64,000 nucleotides of DNA, from assembly GCA_902571385.1 (NCBI GenBank), contig CACGBK010000004.1:3638-67637 (forward strand), in the 5' to 3' direction. This DNA comes from an uncultured Candidatus Actinomarina sp. GTDB taxonomy: Bacteria; Actinomycetota; Acidimicrobiia; Actinomarinales; Actinomarinaceae. Position numbers and translations under genes: made by a program. The notes beneath the pieces were generated by a model, which searched no databases, had not been told where the DNA came from, and saw only the letters and a list, made by a program, of their open reading frames with translations. Of this stretch, positions 37,210 through 48,186 are shown one piece after another; the stretch's first letter is position 1; the number at the start of each line of letters is the position of its first letter.

Positions 37210-39807
37210 ATGCTTGATGATTCATACGAACCACTAAGTATTGAAAAGAAATGGCAATCAGAGTGGGAATTAAAAAATCAATTTAAACCAGTTGAGTCTG
37301 ATAAACAATTTTCGATCGTTATACCACCGCCCAATGTAACTGGTTCATTACACATGGGTCATGCTTTAGAACATTCAATCATTGACGTAATAGTAAGAAT
37401 AAAACGACTACAAGGCTTTGAAACATTATGGGTGCCTGGTACAGATCATGCAGGCATTATTACTCAATTACTTGTTGAAAATGAATTATCTGAAAAAGGT
37501 CTTACAAAAGAAGATGTTGGTCGAGAAAATTTTATATCGAAAGTATGGGAATGGAAAGAGGCATCGGGAGAAAATATTTCGAGCCAAATGAAAAAACTTG
37601 GTATGAGTTGTGATTGGTCTCGTGAAAGATTCACAATGGATGAAGGACTATCTAATGCTGTACGAGAAGTTTTCGTAGGACTTTATGATTCTGGTCTAAT
37701 TTATAAAGGTTCCCGAATGGTTAATTGGGATACAAAATTAATGTCAGCAGTATCTGATTTGGAAGTAAATCTTGATGAAGAAATGGGTAAGTTGTGGAGT
37801 GTTAAATATCAGTGTGGAGATGACTTCATTACAATAGCGACAACAAGACCTGAAACAATACTTGCTGATACGGCAGTTGCTGTAAATCCAGATGATGAGA
37901 GATATAAAAAATTTATAGGTAAAAAAGCAATAATTCCAATTGTTAATAGAGAAGTCCCAATAATTGCAGATGACTATGTAGATCAAGATTTTGGTTCTGG
38001 ATGTGTAAAAATTACCCCTGCCCATGATTTCAATGATTATGAAATAGGTGTAAACCATGATCTAGAAATAATTTCTTGTATGAAATTAGATGGAACAATG
38101 TCAGATGACGAATTCATGCCTGAGTCATACAGAAGTTTAGATAGGTTTGTTGCAAGGGAAAAAATAGTTCAAGAATTAGAAGAACTAGGGCAATTAGTAG
38201 GGATTGACGAACACACTATTCAACTTCCAAAAGGGGATAGATCAAAAAGCATTCTAGAGCCAATGATTACTGATCAATGGTTTGTAAAGACCAAAGAGCT
38301 TGCTGATAGAGGAATAGCAGAAGTTGAAAATGACAATATGAAGTTTATTCCTAAGAACTGGGAGAAAACTTACTTTGAATGGATGTACAACATTCAAGAT
38401 TGGTGCATATCAAGACAGATTTGGTGGGGGCATCAAATACCTGCTTGGTATGATGATGAGGGTAAAATTTATGTTGCCTCAACAGAAGAAGAGGCAAGAA
38501 CAAAATATAATCTTTCAGAAACAATACAACTTACTCAAGACAAAGATGTCTTAGACACTTGGTTTTCATCTGCTCTATGGCCATTTTCTACTCTTGGATG
38601 GCCTGAAGATAGTAATGATATGAGCAAATATTATCCAACATCACTTCTTGTAACAGGATTCGACATTATCTTTTTTTGGGTAGCAAGGATGATCATGATG
38701 GGACTTAATTTCAATGATGATGTGCCCTTTAAAGATATATTGATTCATGGATTAGTCAGGGACTCAAAAGGAAGAAAAATGTCAAAAAGTCTCAAAAACA
38801 CAATTGACCCTCTTGAGCTTTCTGAAAAACATGGAGCAGATGCTCTGAGGTTTTCTTTAATAGAAAAAGCAGCACCAGGACAGGATGTTCCTTTTGATGA
38901 AGAGTGGACAATTGCCGCAAAGAAATTTGCAAACAAGCTTTGGAACGGTGCAAAGTTTGTACATATGTACTCTCCTAATGATTTACAAGACGAAGAAATA
39001 GAAGAGATCTATTGTCCAGAAAATAAATGGATAATCAATAAATTTAACGCAGTGTTAATTGAATTTAATGAACTCTTTGAAAAATATAAAATTTCTGATG
39101 CTTATAAATTGGTTTATAACTTTGTTTGGTCAGATTTATTTGATTGGTATTTTGAATTTTCTAAAAATTTAATTAATGACGATGAGACAAAAAAAGAAAC
39201 AATGTTTGTATTGAGATCTGTATTTCTTAAAAGTATAAAGATATTAAATCCTGCCATGCCTCATGTGACTGAAGAGATTTGGTCAACATTTGATGATAGT
39301 TTGTTAATCAACAATTCATGGCCTGAAACCTACAAAGAAAGTAATGATGAAAAAAGTGATATTGTTGAAAATTTGAAAGAGATTATTTCACAAATCAGAA
39401 ATTTTAAAGCAACTTATCAATTTAAAAACAAAGATATTTTAAAAATCAATGCTAAAAAAGAAGTTGAAGATTGGTTCTGTAATCAACTAGAAAAAATTGG
39501 AAATATTGAATTCAGTCAGGCTGTTGATGATGGCAATAGTCAAAAACAAATAATATTTCAGTCGGGTGATTTAGAATTCTTCCTTTTTGCTGATGACTAT
39601 ATTGATATTGATATAGAGATTAAAAAATTAAATAAAAAAATTGATAATCTAGAAAAAACTCTCTCCGTCTCAAAATCTCGTTTAGAAAATGATAAGTTTG
39701 TTCAGAATGCTAAAGAAGAGCTTATTCTAAAAGAAAAGCAAAATATTCTAGATGTAGAAAACGAAATTAAACTTCTGAAAGAGACACGGGATCAATTCAG
39801 TGTCTGA
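37210..39807 (+). CDS. valS: valine--tRNA ligase
   Basis: PPPNVTGSLHMGHA (HIGH), KMSKS, and a C-terminal coiled coil. 865 aa. Confidence 0.95.
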   Translation: MLDDSYEPLSIEKKWQSEWELKNQFKPVESDKQFSIVIPPPNVTGSLHMGHALEHSIIDVIVRIKRLQGFETLWVPGTDHAGIITQLLVENELSEKGLTKEDVGRENFISKVWEWKEASGENISSQMKKLGMSCDWSRERFTMDEGLSNAVREVFVGLYDSGLIYKGSRMVNWDTKLMSAVSDLEVNLDEEMGKLWSVKYQCGDDFITIATTRPETILADTAVAVNPDDERYKKFIGKKAIIPIVNREVPIIADDYVDQDFGSGCVKITPAHDFNDYEIGVNHDLEIISCMKLDGTMSDDEFMPESYRSLDRFVAREKIVQELEELGQLVGIDEHTIQLPKGDRSKSILEPMITDQWFVKTKELADRGIAEVENDNMKFIPKNWEKTYFEWMYNIQDWCISRQIWWGHQIPAWYDDEGKIYVASTEEEARTKYNLSETIQLTQDKDVLDTWFSSALWPFSTLGWPEDSNDMSKYYPTSLLVTGFDIIFFWVARMIMMGLNFNDDVPFKDILIHGLVRDSKGRKMSKSLKNTIDPLELSEKHGADALRFSLIEKAAPGQDVPFDEEWTIAAKKFANKLWNGAKFVHMYSPNDLQDEEIEEIYCPENKWIINKFNAVLIEFNELFEKYKISDAYKLVYNFVWSDLFDWYFEFSKNLINDDETKKETMFVLRSVFLKSIKILNPAMPHVTEEIWSTFDDSLLINNSWPETYKESNDEKSDIVENLKEIISQIRNFKATYQFKNKDILKINAKKEVEDWFCNQLEKIGNIEFSQAVDDGNSQKQIIFQSGDLEFFLFADDYIDIDIEIKKLNKKIDNLEKTLSVSKSRLENDKFVQNAKEELILKEKQNILDVENEIKLLKETRDQFSV

Positions 39808-40978
39808 TGAATTTGATAAATATTTAAACTCAAAAATAGGTAAAAAAAATAAAAATTTAGATATTCTTCACAAATTTTTTGAAAAAAATCAATTAAAAAC
39901 TCTTCGAGAAAGATCAGTTTCCATTGTTGGTACTAATGGAAAAACATCATGTTCCTTTTTTTTAAATGAATTATTAATAAGAAATAATGTTGCAACATGT
40001 ATGTTTACCTCACCCCATTTGATAAAGGTCAACGAGCGAATAAAAATTAATAATATTGACATTTCAGATAAAGAACTATCTTTTTATTTAGATCAGTTAA
40101 TTAAATTTGAAGAAGATAACATTATCGAACTCGCATATTTTGAAGTAATCTTTCTTATTGCTTGTCTCCATTTTATTCGACTAGATCTTGATATTTTTAT
40201 TGTTGAGGCAGGTATTGGGGGTATGTACGATACAACGTCATTTATTAATGCTGACACCGTTTGTATGACAAATGTTGGTCTTGACCATACTGAATTGCTT
40301 GGAAATTCGTTAGATGAAATTTTTATTCAAAAAATTAACATATCAGAAAAACCTAAACAAATAATTTTTGGAGAACTTGATATATACGAAAGACACAAAG
40401 ATTATCTACATAAAAAGTTTGAAATCGATGAAAAAGCTATTTACCTTTATGATCAACAAGCTTTAAGTAACGCATCAATTGACTATGAAATGATTAATTT
40501 TTCTACATCACTTCAAGTGCTAGATGCTATTTCATACCTTTTAGACACAAAAAATGAAACAAATAATTACTCATTAAATGATTTCAAAAAGGTACCGGGA
40601 AGATTTGAAATAGTATCAATAGAACCATTAAAAATTATTGATGGTGCTCATAATGTTGAAAGCTTGAATGCTTTACTTAGTTTTTGTAGTTCTAATTCTG
40701 AAATACATGGGTTAGATATTTACATCGGCATGAAAAAGGATAAAAATACGATTGAATTTATAAAAAGGATTGTAAAAGAAAAATTCTTAAATATTTTTCT
40801 TATTGAAGATAACTCATTTTTTGCTCAAGAAAACAAAAAAGTTTTTGAAGATTTTCTGAATTCAAACGATATTTCATTCAGTACTCGCACAATTAAAGAT
40901 TTTAATCTATCAAAGAATCCATCTATATTAACGGGTAGTTTATATTTAGTTGGAGAGTACAAAAAGGAATACACATGA
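39800..40978 (+). CDS. folC: folylpolyglutamate synthase/dihydrofolate synthase (Mur ligase family)
   Basis: VGTNGKTS P-loop and DGAHN motif. The GTG start overlaps the valS stop. valS-folC-ndk synteny. Confidence 0.8.
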   Translation: MSDEFDKYLNSKIGKKNKNLDILHKFFEKNQLKTLRERSVSIVGTNGKTSCSFFLNELLIRNNVATCMFTSPHLIKVNERIKINNIDISDKELSFYLDQLIKFEEDNIIELAYFEVIFLIACLHFIRLDLDIFIVEAGIGGMYDTTSFINADTVCMTNVGLDHTELLGNSLDEIFIQKINISEKPKQIIFGELDIYERHKDYLHKKFEIDEKAIYLYDQQALSNASIDYEMINFSTSLQVLDAISYLLDTKNETNNYSLNDFKKVPGRFEIVSIEPLKIIDGAHNVESLNALLSFCSSNSEIHGLDIYIGMKKDKNTIEFIKRIVKEKFLNIFLIEDNSFFAQENKKVFEDFLNSNDISFSTRTIKDFNLSKNPSILTGSLYLVGEYKKEYT

Positions 40979-41373
40979 AAACTTTTTTTATGGTTAAGCC
41001 AGACGGAGTAAAAAGAAATATTGTAGGTCAAGTCATTGATAGAGTTGAGCAAGAAGGTTTTAAAATCTCAAAGATGAAAATGATGACTATAAGTAGTGAA
41101 TTAGCTGAAGAACATTATGGAGAGCATAAAGACAAACCTTTCTTTCAAGATTTAGTGTCATTTATTACTAGTGGTCCTGTAGTAGCAATGGAGGTTGAAG
41201 GGGAAGATGTAGTTAGTGAAGTAAGAAGGATTATGGGTGCAACAAATCCTTCAGATGCAGACCCTGGAACAATTAGAGCAGATTTTGCTACTAAATTAGA
41301 AGAAAATGTTGTCCATGGTTCAGATTCAGAAGAAAGTGCTGAAAGAGAATTAGGCCTTTTCTTCAACAATTAA
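40975..41373 (+). CDS. ndk: nucleoside-diphosphate kinase
   Basis: FFMVKPDGV, GATNP and NVVHGSDS (active-site His) motifs. Confidence 0.93.
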   Translation: MKTFFMVKPDGVKRNIVGQVIDRVEQEGFKISKMKMMTISSELAEEHYGEHKDKPFFQDLVSFITSGPVVAMEVEGEDVVSEVRRIMGATNPSDADPGTIRADFATKLEENVVHGSDSEESAERELGLFFNN

Positions 41374-41417
41374 ATTTTTATTTTACTTGATTATTGAGTC
41401 TATTAGTCTAGATATAC

Positions 41418-42461
41418 ATGGCTGGTTTTAATTTAAGACGTTCACTTTTTGGCGGTAATGATATTGCTATCGATTTAGGTACCGCAAATACTCTCATTTA
41501 CGTAAAAGGTGTCGGAGTAATGGTTGATGAACCTACTCTTATTGCAGTGAATAAAGAAGATGGATCTATCCTGACAGTTGGTGAGGAAGCAAAAAATCTC
41601 GTAGGAAGGGTCCCTGACTCAATCCAACTTATCAAACCTCTAAGAGATGGAGTTATTTCTGAAATCGAGATGGCAGAAGAGTTAGTAAAGACATTATTAA
41701 CTCGTGCAATAGGGAGGTCTTACACTAGTCCGAGAATTGTTATGTGTGTACCAAATGGTGTTACTAGCGTTGAGCAAAGATCAATTGAAACAGCTGCTCA
41801 TGCGACTGGTGCCTCTGAAGTATTTACAGTAGAAGAACCTATGGCTGCAGCCATAGGGGCTGGATTACAAATATATGAACCTTTCGGAAATATGGTAATT
41901 GATATAGGTGGAGGAACTACTGAAATTGCTGTTATCTCCATGGGCGATATTGTAAACGCCAATTCAGTACGAGTAGGTGGAGAAGATATGACGGACCGAT
42001 TAATTGAATGGTTAAGAGCCGAACATTCTATGTTAGTTGATGAAGGGATTGCAGAGTCCTTAAAACATGCAGTAGGTTCTGCTTATCAATTTGATAAAGA
42101 ACCACAAGTAACTGTTACTGGCCGTGATATAGTCAAAGGTGTACCTAAGCAAGTGCTTTTAGAAGCTTCTGATGTCAGGCAAGCTTTAAGTCCTGTTGTT
42201 CAAGAAATAATTGAAGCTGTAAGAGTTTCTTTATCTCAAACACCACCAGCTTTAGTCTCTGATATTGATAAATATGGAGCATGGCTTACAGGTGGTGGAT
42301 CGTTACTTAAACAAATAGATAGAAAAATTGCTGAGGACCTTGGTATACCTATAAACATGACAGAGGATCCCTTAAGTACTGTCGTTGTAGGCTCAGGAAT
42401 TTGTCTTGAGAGATTCGCTGATTATAAGTCAGTATTAAAATCATCTCCAAAACCTAATTAA
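41418..42461 (+). CDS. mreB: rod shape-determining actin homolog MreB
   Basis: IAIDLGTANT, DIGGGTTE and LTGGGSLL actin-fold motifs. Confidence 0.93.
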   Translation: MAGFNLRRSLFGGNDIAIDLGTANTLIYVKGVGVMVDEPTLIAVNKEDGSILTVGEEAKNLVGRVPDSIQLIKPLRDGVISEIEMAEELVKTLLTRAIGRSYTSPRIVMCVPNGVTSVEQRSIETAAHATGASEVFTVEEPMAAAIGAGLQIYEPFGNMVIDIGGGTTEIAVISMGDIVNANSVRVGGEDMTDRLIEWLRAEHSMLVDEGIAESLKHAVGSAYQFDKEPQVTVTGRDIVKGVPKQVLLEASDVRQALSPVVQEIIEAVRVSLSQTPPALVSDIDKYGAWLTGGGSLLKQIDRKIAEDLGIPINMTEDPLSTVVVGSGICLERFADYKSVLKSSPKPN

Positions 42462-42463
42462 AG

Positions 42464-43267
42464 ATGAGGGATGCTAATTTAACAGTTAGAAATTACATAA
42501 TTTATATTATTTTTGTATTTTTTTCTTTTTCATTAATGGTTTTAGATTTTTTTTCAAATCAAGAAATTTCTACAACAATATCGAAAAGAATAAACTTCTT
42601 AGTTCCTTCTGATATAAATTTTAATGAATATTTTGAATTTTTTAATTCCGATTTATTTCAAACGAGAAATAATTTAATTAATGAAAATGTCCGTTTAAAA
42701 AATGAAATTTTAGAACTAAGAGAATTAAGAGTTGAAAATGATTTGTTAAAAGAAGAATTAGAATCAAACCAAAATCTGATTGAGTCAGTTGATGTTTTTA
42801 ATTACTTTTACATCAAAACATCACCATTTATGAGAAATCAAGAAAACCATTACCTTGTTTCAGGTGGCTATGATAAAAATTTTGTTAAAAATGATATCGT
42901 TATTAATGAAGAGGGATTTGTTATTGGATTTGTCGATAAAATTTTTCAAAATCATTCAGAAGTTATTTTTATATATGATAGTGAATTTTCGATGCCCGCA
43001 ATTGATAAGTTTGGAAATGAGTATCTAGTAGAAAATAATGGACAGGAGTTATTGGTCTACACAACATCTGTAAATGAATTAACCTCAAATATTGACTTTA
43101 TATTTACAGATTCCAAATTTGGCCAACCATCGAGGTTTCCAATACTTTCATTAAACGAGATAAATGTTACAGTTGATGAAAACAAAATATCTACATCTCT
43201 TGAAATAGAAGATGTTAACTTTTCCTTTACTGATATCTATGTAGTTAAAGCAAATGATTTACCTTAG
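42464..43267 (+). CDS. mreC: rod shape-determining protein MreC
   Basis: N-terminal TM segment, a coiled-coil region (NENVRLKNEILELRELRVENDLLKEELE) and a beta-rich C-terminus. Lies between mreB and mreD. Confidence 0.7.
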   Translation: MRDANLTVRNYIIYIIFVFFSFSLMVLDFFSNQEISTTISKRINFLVPSDINFNEYFEFFNSDLFQTRNNLINENVRLKNEILELRELRVENDLLKEELESNQNLIESVDVFNYFYIKTSPFMRNQENHYLVSGGYDKNFVKNDIVINEEGFVIGFVDKIFQNHSEVIFIYDSEFSMPAIDKFGNEYLVENNGQELLVYTTSVNELTSNIDFIFTDSKFGQPSRFPILSLNEINVTVDENKISTSLEIEDVNFSFTDIYVVKANDLP

Positions 43268-43724
43268 AAATATATTAAATATCTTATTTTTTGTTCTTTT
43301 ACTTTTTTCTGAACTATTAATTAATACGATATTTGTGTTTGAATATATTCTATTTCTGCCCTTTTACATTGGACTTTTCTATATATCAACAAGACGGTTT
43401 TCAAATTTTTATATATCGATTTTTTTGGTTGCAGGAATTTACTATGATTCATTATTTTCATCAAATATTTTAGGTTTCACTAGTGCAAAATTTTTGATAA
43501 CGTGTGTCATATTAAATTTTTTAACAAACAACCAAATCAAAAATACTTTTCAGGACTTAGCCGCTTTTGTAGCAGGAGTATTCTTGTATAGTTTCACTTA
43601 CTCTTTTGATTTCCTTCAACCCCAGTTTTTGTACCTTCTTTTAGTATCATCATTAGTCAATTACTTTTTATTTAGAATTTTGAACATTACCATAGAGAAA
43701 AATGTTCTTAAACAAAAGATATAA
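43254..43724 (+). CDS. mreD: rod shape-determining protein MreD (polytopic membrane protein)
   Basis: 156-aa, very hydrophobic protein. The call rests on position in the mreBCD-mrdA-rodA order. Confidence 0.6.
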   Translation: MIYLRNILNILFFVLLLFSELLINTIFVFEYILFLPFYIGLFYISTRRFSNFYISIFLVAGIYYDSLFSSNILGFTSAKFLITCVILNFLTNNQIKNTFQDLAAFVAGVFLYSFTYSFDFLQPQFLYLLLVSSLVNYFLFRILNITIEKNVLKQKI

Positions 43725-45540
43725 TGTATATGCTTTATTTTTAGTCGGATTATTTATATACATAATTTCATTTCTATTTGATTTACAAGTTTTATCAAGA
43801 GAAACGGCTTTAAGTGATATTGATAACCAAACACTGGATACTTTCTATATAACTCCGCCCAGGGGAGACATACTTGATATCAACAGTGAACGGCTCGCTA
43901 CCTCCACTATGGAACCACATTTATTTTTGAACCTAAGAAAAATAAATGATGAAAATTTAGAATTTTATGAACAATTTATTAAATACAATTTTCCTGAACT
44001 TGATGAAGATGATCTAGTAAATCTCTTTCTAGATAGAAGAAAAATTCAAATAATTGAAAATATTAGTGATTTTTCTGCGACAGAAAGGCAGAAACTTCTT
44101 GAATTAGATGCATTTGAAATATTTGACTTTCCAATAAGAATATATAATTATGACAACCTCACTTCTCATGTCATTGGATACGTTGGTAGGCCAACTTCAG
44201 ATGATTTTCAGGAATTTCCACATACAAAACAAACATTGCAAGTAGGCAAGAATGGACTTGAAAAATATTATGAAGATACTCTAACTGGAACACCTGGGGA
44301 AATAACATTTAGAGGAAGTGACATTATTGAATATATCCCTCCTACAAAAGGTCAAAACATTAATATTTCTCTAAATATAGATACACAGCGGGTTGTTAAA
44401 GAATCGTTATTGCAGGGCATTGAACTAGCAAACGAAAACGAAGACACACTGGATGAAGTAATAAGGAGTGCTTCTATCGTTTTAGATGTAAATACTGGTG
44501 AAATTGTTTCAATGGTTTCGATTCCTGACTTTGATCCCAATCAATTTATAGATGGAATATCTAATCAAGAATATGAAAAATTAAACAGGATACAAGCGTT
44601 TAATAACTTTGCAATACAAGGACTTTACCCTCCCGGTTCAGTATTTAAGGTTGTTTCATATTGGCTCGCAGAAAATGAAGGTCTTTTTCCAGAAGGTTTA
44701 AATTCTAGGAGGGGTCGTATAGATTGTGAAGGAAGTTTGTCATTTGGGTTCGATGATGGATCTCAACAAGTTTATCAAGATTGGAAAGAAGATGGACATG
44801 GAAGGGTAAATCTAAGCTCTGCAATGCAACAATCATGCAATGTATATTTTTGGGATATAGCTCTAAAAATTTGGAGAACGTATGAGGGAACTGAAAATGA
44901 GTCAATACTTCAAGACTATGCCCGAAATTTAGGTTTCGGTGAATTAACAAATATAGATTTACCATTTGAAAGAAATGGAATTATTCCTGATAGAGAAGTT
45001 TTTGAAGAATGGACTATAACCCGACCAGATTTAGTCAGACCTGAAGGATGGTTAGGCGGAGATTTGATGAATTTAATTATAGGACAAGGTGCAATTACAG
45101 TAACACCAATACAAGTGGCAAATGCATATAAAACTCTTTTAACATCAACTTCTTCAAGTCCTTATTTAAATATTGCTGTTTCTGATAACCTCAAACTAAA
45201 AAAATATAATATCTCAAATGAGTTAGTCACCTTTCTAAAAGATGATTTAAATCTTGTAACAAACAAAAATGGTACAGCATATGCAGCTTTTGAAATTATG
45301 GGTAGAAAAGCAAACGATATAGGAGGAAAGACAGGAACTGCGCAAAACCCTGGTGAAAAAAATAATACATCTTGGTTCGTAGGAATTGACTCTGTTAAAA
45401 ATCCAAATCATGTAATAGTAACTGTTGTCGAAGAAGGCGGATCAGGTAGTGCAATCGCAGCACCTATTAGTAGGAGAATTATTCAACATCTAATTGGCTC
45501 TGATTTAACTCCTGTAAAGTATGGAGAGATTACAGAATGA
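43702..45540 (+). CDS. mrdA: penicillin-binding protein 2 (elongasome transpeptidase)
   Basis: Active-site motifs SVFK (PPGSVFKV), SCN and KTGTA, with an N-terminal TM anchor. Confidence 0.88.
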   Translation: MFLNKRYNVYALFLVGLFIYIISFLFDLQVLSRETALSDIDNQTLDTFYITPPRGDILDINSERLATSTMEPHLFLNLRKINDENLEFYEQFIKYNFPELDEDDLVNLFLDRRKIQIIENISDFSATERQKLLELDAFEIFDFPIRIYNYDNLTSHVIGYVGRPTSDDFQEFPHTKQTLQVGKNGLEKYYEDTLTGTPGEITFRGSDIIEYIPPTKGQNINISLNIDTQRVVKESLLQGIELANENEDTLDEVIRSASIVLDVNTGEIVSMVSIPDFDPNQFIDGISNQEYEKLNRIQAFNNFAIQGLYPPGSVFKVVSYWLAENEGLFPEGLNSRRGRIDCEGSLSFGFDDGSQQVYQDWKEDGHGRVNLSSAMQQSCNVYFWDIALKIWRTYEGTENESILQDYARNLGFGELTNIDLPFERNGIIPDREVFEEWTITRPDLVRPEGWLGGDLMNLIIGQGAITVTPIQVANAYKTLLTSTSSSPYLNIAVSDNLKLKKYNISNELVTFLKDDLNLVTNKNGTAYAAFEIMGRKANDIGGKTGTAQNPGEKNNTSWFVGIDSVKNPNHVIVTVVEEGGSGSAIAAPISRRIIQHLIGSDLTPVKYGEITE

Positions 45541-46637
45541 ACAATAGGCAAATTACTCTTTTAGGACCCCAGGGAACCAATTTATTTATTTTTCTGATAT
45601 TTCTTATTTTTATTTTTATTTCTTGGTTTACTCTTTATACTCTTACAGAATTTGAGGGATTAGAGTTTGATGTCAACAACATACTGACCCGCCAGGTTGT
45701 ATTTTCTGTAGCATCGGTAATAGTGTTTTTCTTGCTTACATATTTATCTATTGAAAATCTCCAAAATTATTCAAATATTCTATTTTTTCTTGCCTTTTCA
45801 TCTTTGACTGTATTACTTACTACCCAGCCTAGATTGGGAGTTAGAAGATGGTTTGATTTGGGTCCAATCGATATACAGCCTTCAGAGTTTGCAAAAGTAA
45901 TTATTGTGATATTTATCGCAAATTATCTTTCGAAAAACTTCAATAAAGTTTTATTAATTTTTCTAATTTTAGGGATTGTACTTACTATATTATTTCAACC
46001 AGATTTAGGAACAGCTTTAATAATTTCATTTGTGTTTTTATCAATGTTGCTACTCTCAGATTTGAAGATACGCTATTTTTTGTTAATTATTCTTATCAGT
46101 TTATTCTTGTTTTTTCTATTTCTCGAATTAGGGTCACGGTTTGATAATGTAAATATTGTTACTCAATATCAAATTGATAGAATAAATGAATTCTTTTCAA
46201 CTGATTTAGATTTCTCTCAAGCGCAAAGTAGATTGCTAATTTCTAGTGGGGGTTTATTTGGACAATATTTCTCAACAGAAAACATTCAAAAAGTTTTTGT
46301 ACCCGTTGAGACAACAGATTTCATTTTTGCTGCGTTTGCATATAACTTCGGTTTTTTTGGAATCTTATTTCTACTTGGTTTGTGGGGCCTTTTAATAAGC
46401 AGGCTGAGGAGGATTTTAATAGTTTCAAATTCTGATTTTGATAAATTTGTAATAGCTGGCTTCATTTCATTACTTTTATTTCAAATATTTATAAATATAT
46501 CAACTGTTGTTGGAATAATACCTGTGACTGGTTTGCCTTTTCCACTTTTAAGTTTAGGAGGTTCTTCAATGGTCTCTATTGCTGTAATTTTTGGAATAAC
46601 CAATAGAATATTTATAGAAAATAACATCACGATTTAA
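45537..46637 (+). CDS. rodA: SEDS-family peptidoglycan glycosyltransferase RodA
   Basis: About 10 TM helices, QPSEFAK and TDFIFA motifs, and a C-terminal GLPFPLLSLGGSS. Confidence 0.88.
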   Translation: MNNRQITLLGPQGTNLFIFLIFLIFIFISWFTLYTLTEFEGLEFDVNNILTRQVVFSVASVIVFFLLTYLSIENLQNYSNILFFLAFSSLTVLLTTQPRLGVRRWFDLGPIDIQPSEFAKVIIVIFIANYLSKNFNKVLLIFLILGIVLTILFQPDLGTALIISFVFLSMLLLSDLKIRYFLLIILISLFLFFLFLELGSRFDNVNIVTQYQIDRINEFFSTDLDFSQAQSRLLISSGGLFGQYFSTENIQKVFVPVETTDFIFAAFAYNFGFFGILFLLGLWGLLISRLRRILIVSNSDFDKFVIAGFISLLLFQIFINISTVVGIIPVTGLPFPLLSLGGSSMVSIAVIFGITNRIFIENNITI

Positions 46638-46697
46638 TATTTAAAGCCTATTAACCTAAGAATATGAAGTTTTTAAATATATATTCACATCATAAAT

Positions 46698-48179
46698 ATG
46701 GAGGTTTTAATGTTTGGTATTTTCAAAAAGTCGAAAGTAGTAAGAAAAAGCGAAGATAAGTACAGTAGTACTGAGACTAAGCGGTACAACGGGCAAAAAG
46801 TAAAAATAAAGTCAGGTACTTCTAGATCAAGAACTAGAAAAGAAGACTACAAAAAAGCCAACCGCCAAACCTGGTTTAGAGAAACTCCATTACCAGTTCC
46901 TTTTGTTGATAGAAAACAGATGTTAATTAGCTTCAAGGGAGGATCATCTAAAATTGCAATATTAGAAGGAGCAACTTTAGTTGAATATTACACCGCAGAA
47001 GCTAAATCTAAATCTCTTGTAGGAAATATATATCTTGGAAAAGTAAAAAATATTTTACCTGGAATGGAAGCAGCATTTGTATCTATAGGCGAAGAAAAGA
47101 ATGGTGTCTTATATGTTGCAGATGTTTCAAATTCTAAACGTAATTCGAAAATTGAAAACCTACTTAAACAAGAACAGGAAATTTTGGTTCAGGTTGTTAA
47201 AGATGCAATGGGAGAAAAAGGTGCAAGACTTACAGGTCAAATATCATTCCCTGGAAGGTATCTTGTATTAATTCCAAATTCAAGCACAAAAGGAATCTCA
47301 CGAAGGCTACCTGATGAAGAAAGGAGCCGTCTTGATAAAATCATTAGAAAAATTAAGCCAGATGGATTTGGAGTTATTGTTAGAACAGCTGCAGAAGGTG
47401 TAAGTGAGGAGTCACTTAAAAATGATATTGATAAGTTAATTAGTGAGTGGGAAGCTACAACAAGTAAAGATTCTGGAAGCGCCCCTGTTCTTATTCACGA
47501 AGAACCAGATATCTCAATAAAAGTCATAAGAGAACATTTAAATTCAGGCTTTAAAAAATTATTAATCGAAAATAATAAACAATTTGATAATGTCAAGCAG
47601 TATATATCTGATACTTCACCTGAACTAAGTGGGATTGTTGAAAAGTATGAAGATAGCTTAGATTTATTTGAGAGATATCACATTGAAGATCAAATTAAAA
47701 AAGCTTTAGATAGAAAAGTATGGTTACCATCTGGTGGACATTTAATTATTGACAGAACAGAAGCTTTGACAGTTATAGATGTAAATACTGGAAAGTTTGT
47801 TGGTAAAGACAGTCTTGAACAGACTGTATTTGAAAATAATCTTGAAGCTGCTGAAGAAATTGCAAGACAATTACGTTTAAGAGATATAGGTGGAATAATT
47901 GTTATTGATTTCATTGATATGGAAACTCAAAGAAGACAACAAGAATTATTAAATAAATTTAAACAAGAATTAGCAAAGGACAAAACACGAACGCAAGTTT
48001 TTGAAATTTCAAGATTAGGACTTGTTGAAATGACAAGAAAAAATGTTTCTGCTGGACTTATTGAAAGTTTTTCAGATGAATGTGAAGAATGTAATGGTAG
48101 AGGCTTAATCATTGGTGATATTTTTTCTAATAATTCAGTTGATACTGATTTACTTGAAACAGATGTCGTAGTAGAGTAG
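46698..48179 (+). CDS. rne: ribonuclease E/G family endoribonuclease (short form)
   Basis: S1 domain GNIYLGKVKNILPGMEAAFVSIG, the catalytic region IDVNTGKF / IVIDFIDM, and a Zn-link CEEC. Carries a basic N-terminal extension. Confidence 0.88.
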   Translation: MEVLMFGIFKKSKVVRKSEDKYSSTETKRYNGQKVKIKSGTSRSRTRKEDYKKANRQTWFRETPLPVPFVDRKQMLISFKGGSSKIAILEGATLVEYYTAEAKSKSLVGNIYLGKVKNILPGMEAAFVSIGEEKNGVLYVADVSNSKRNSKIENLLKQEQEILVQVVKDAMGEKGARLTGQISFPGRYLVLIPNSSTKGISRRLPDEERSRLDKIIRKIKPDGFGVIVRTAAEGVSEESLKNDIDKLISEWEATTSKDSGSAPVLIHEEPDISIKVIREHLNSGFKKLLIENNKQFDNVKQYISDTSPELSGIVEKYEDSLDLFERYHIEDQIKKALDRKVWLPSGGHLIIDRTEALTVIDVNTGKFVGKDSLEQTVFENNLEAAEEIARQLRLRDIGGIIVIDFIDMETQRRQQELLNKFKQELAKDKTRTQVFEISRLGLVEMTRKNVSAGLIESFSDECEECNGRGLIIGDIFSNNSVDTDLLETDVVVE

Positions 48180-48186
48180 TTGAGTT

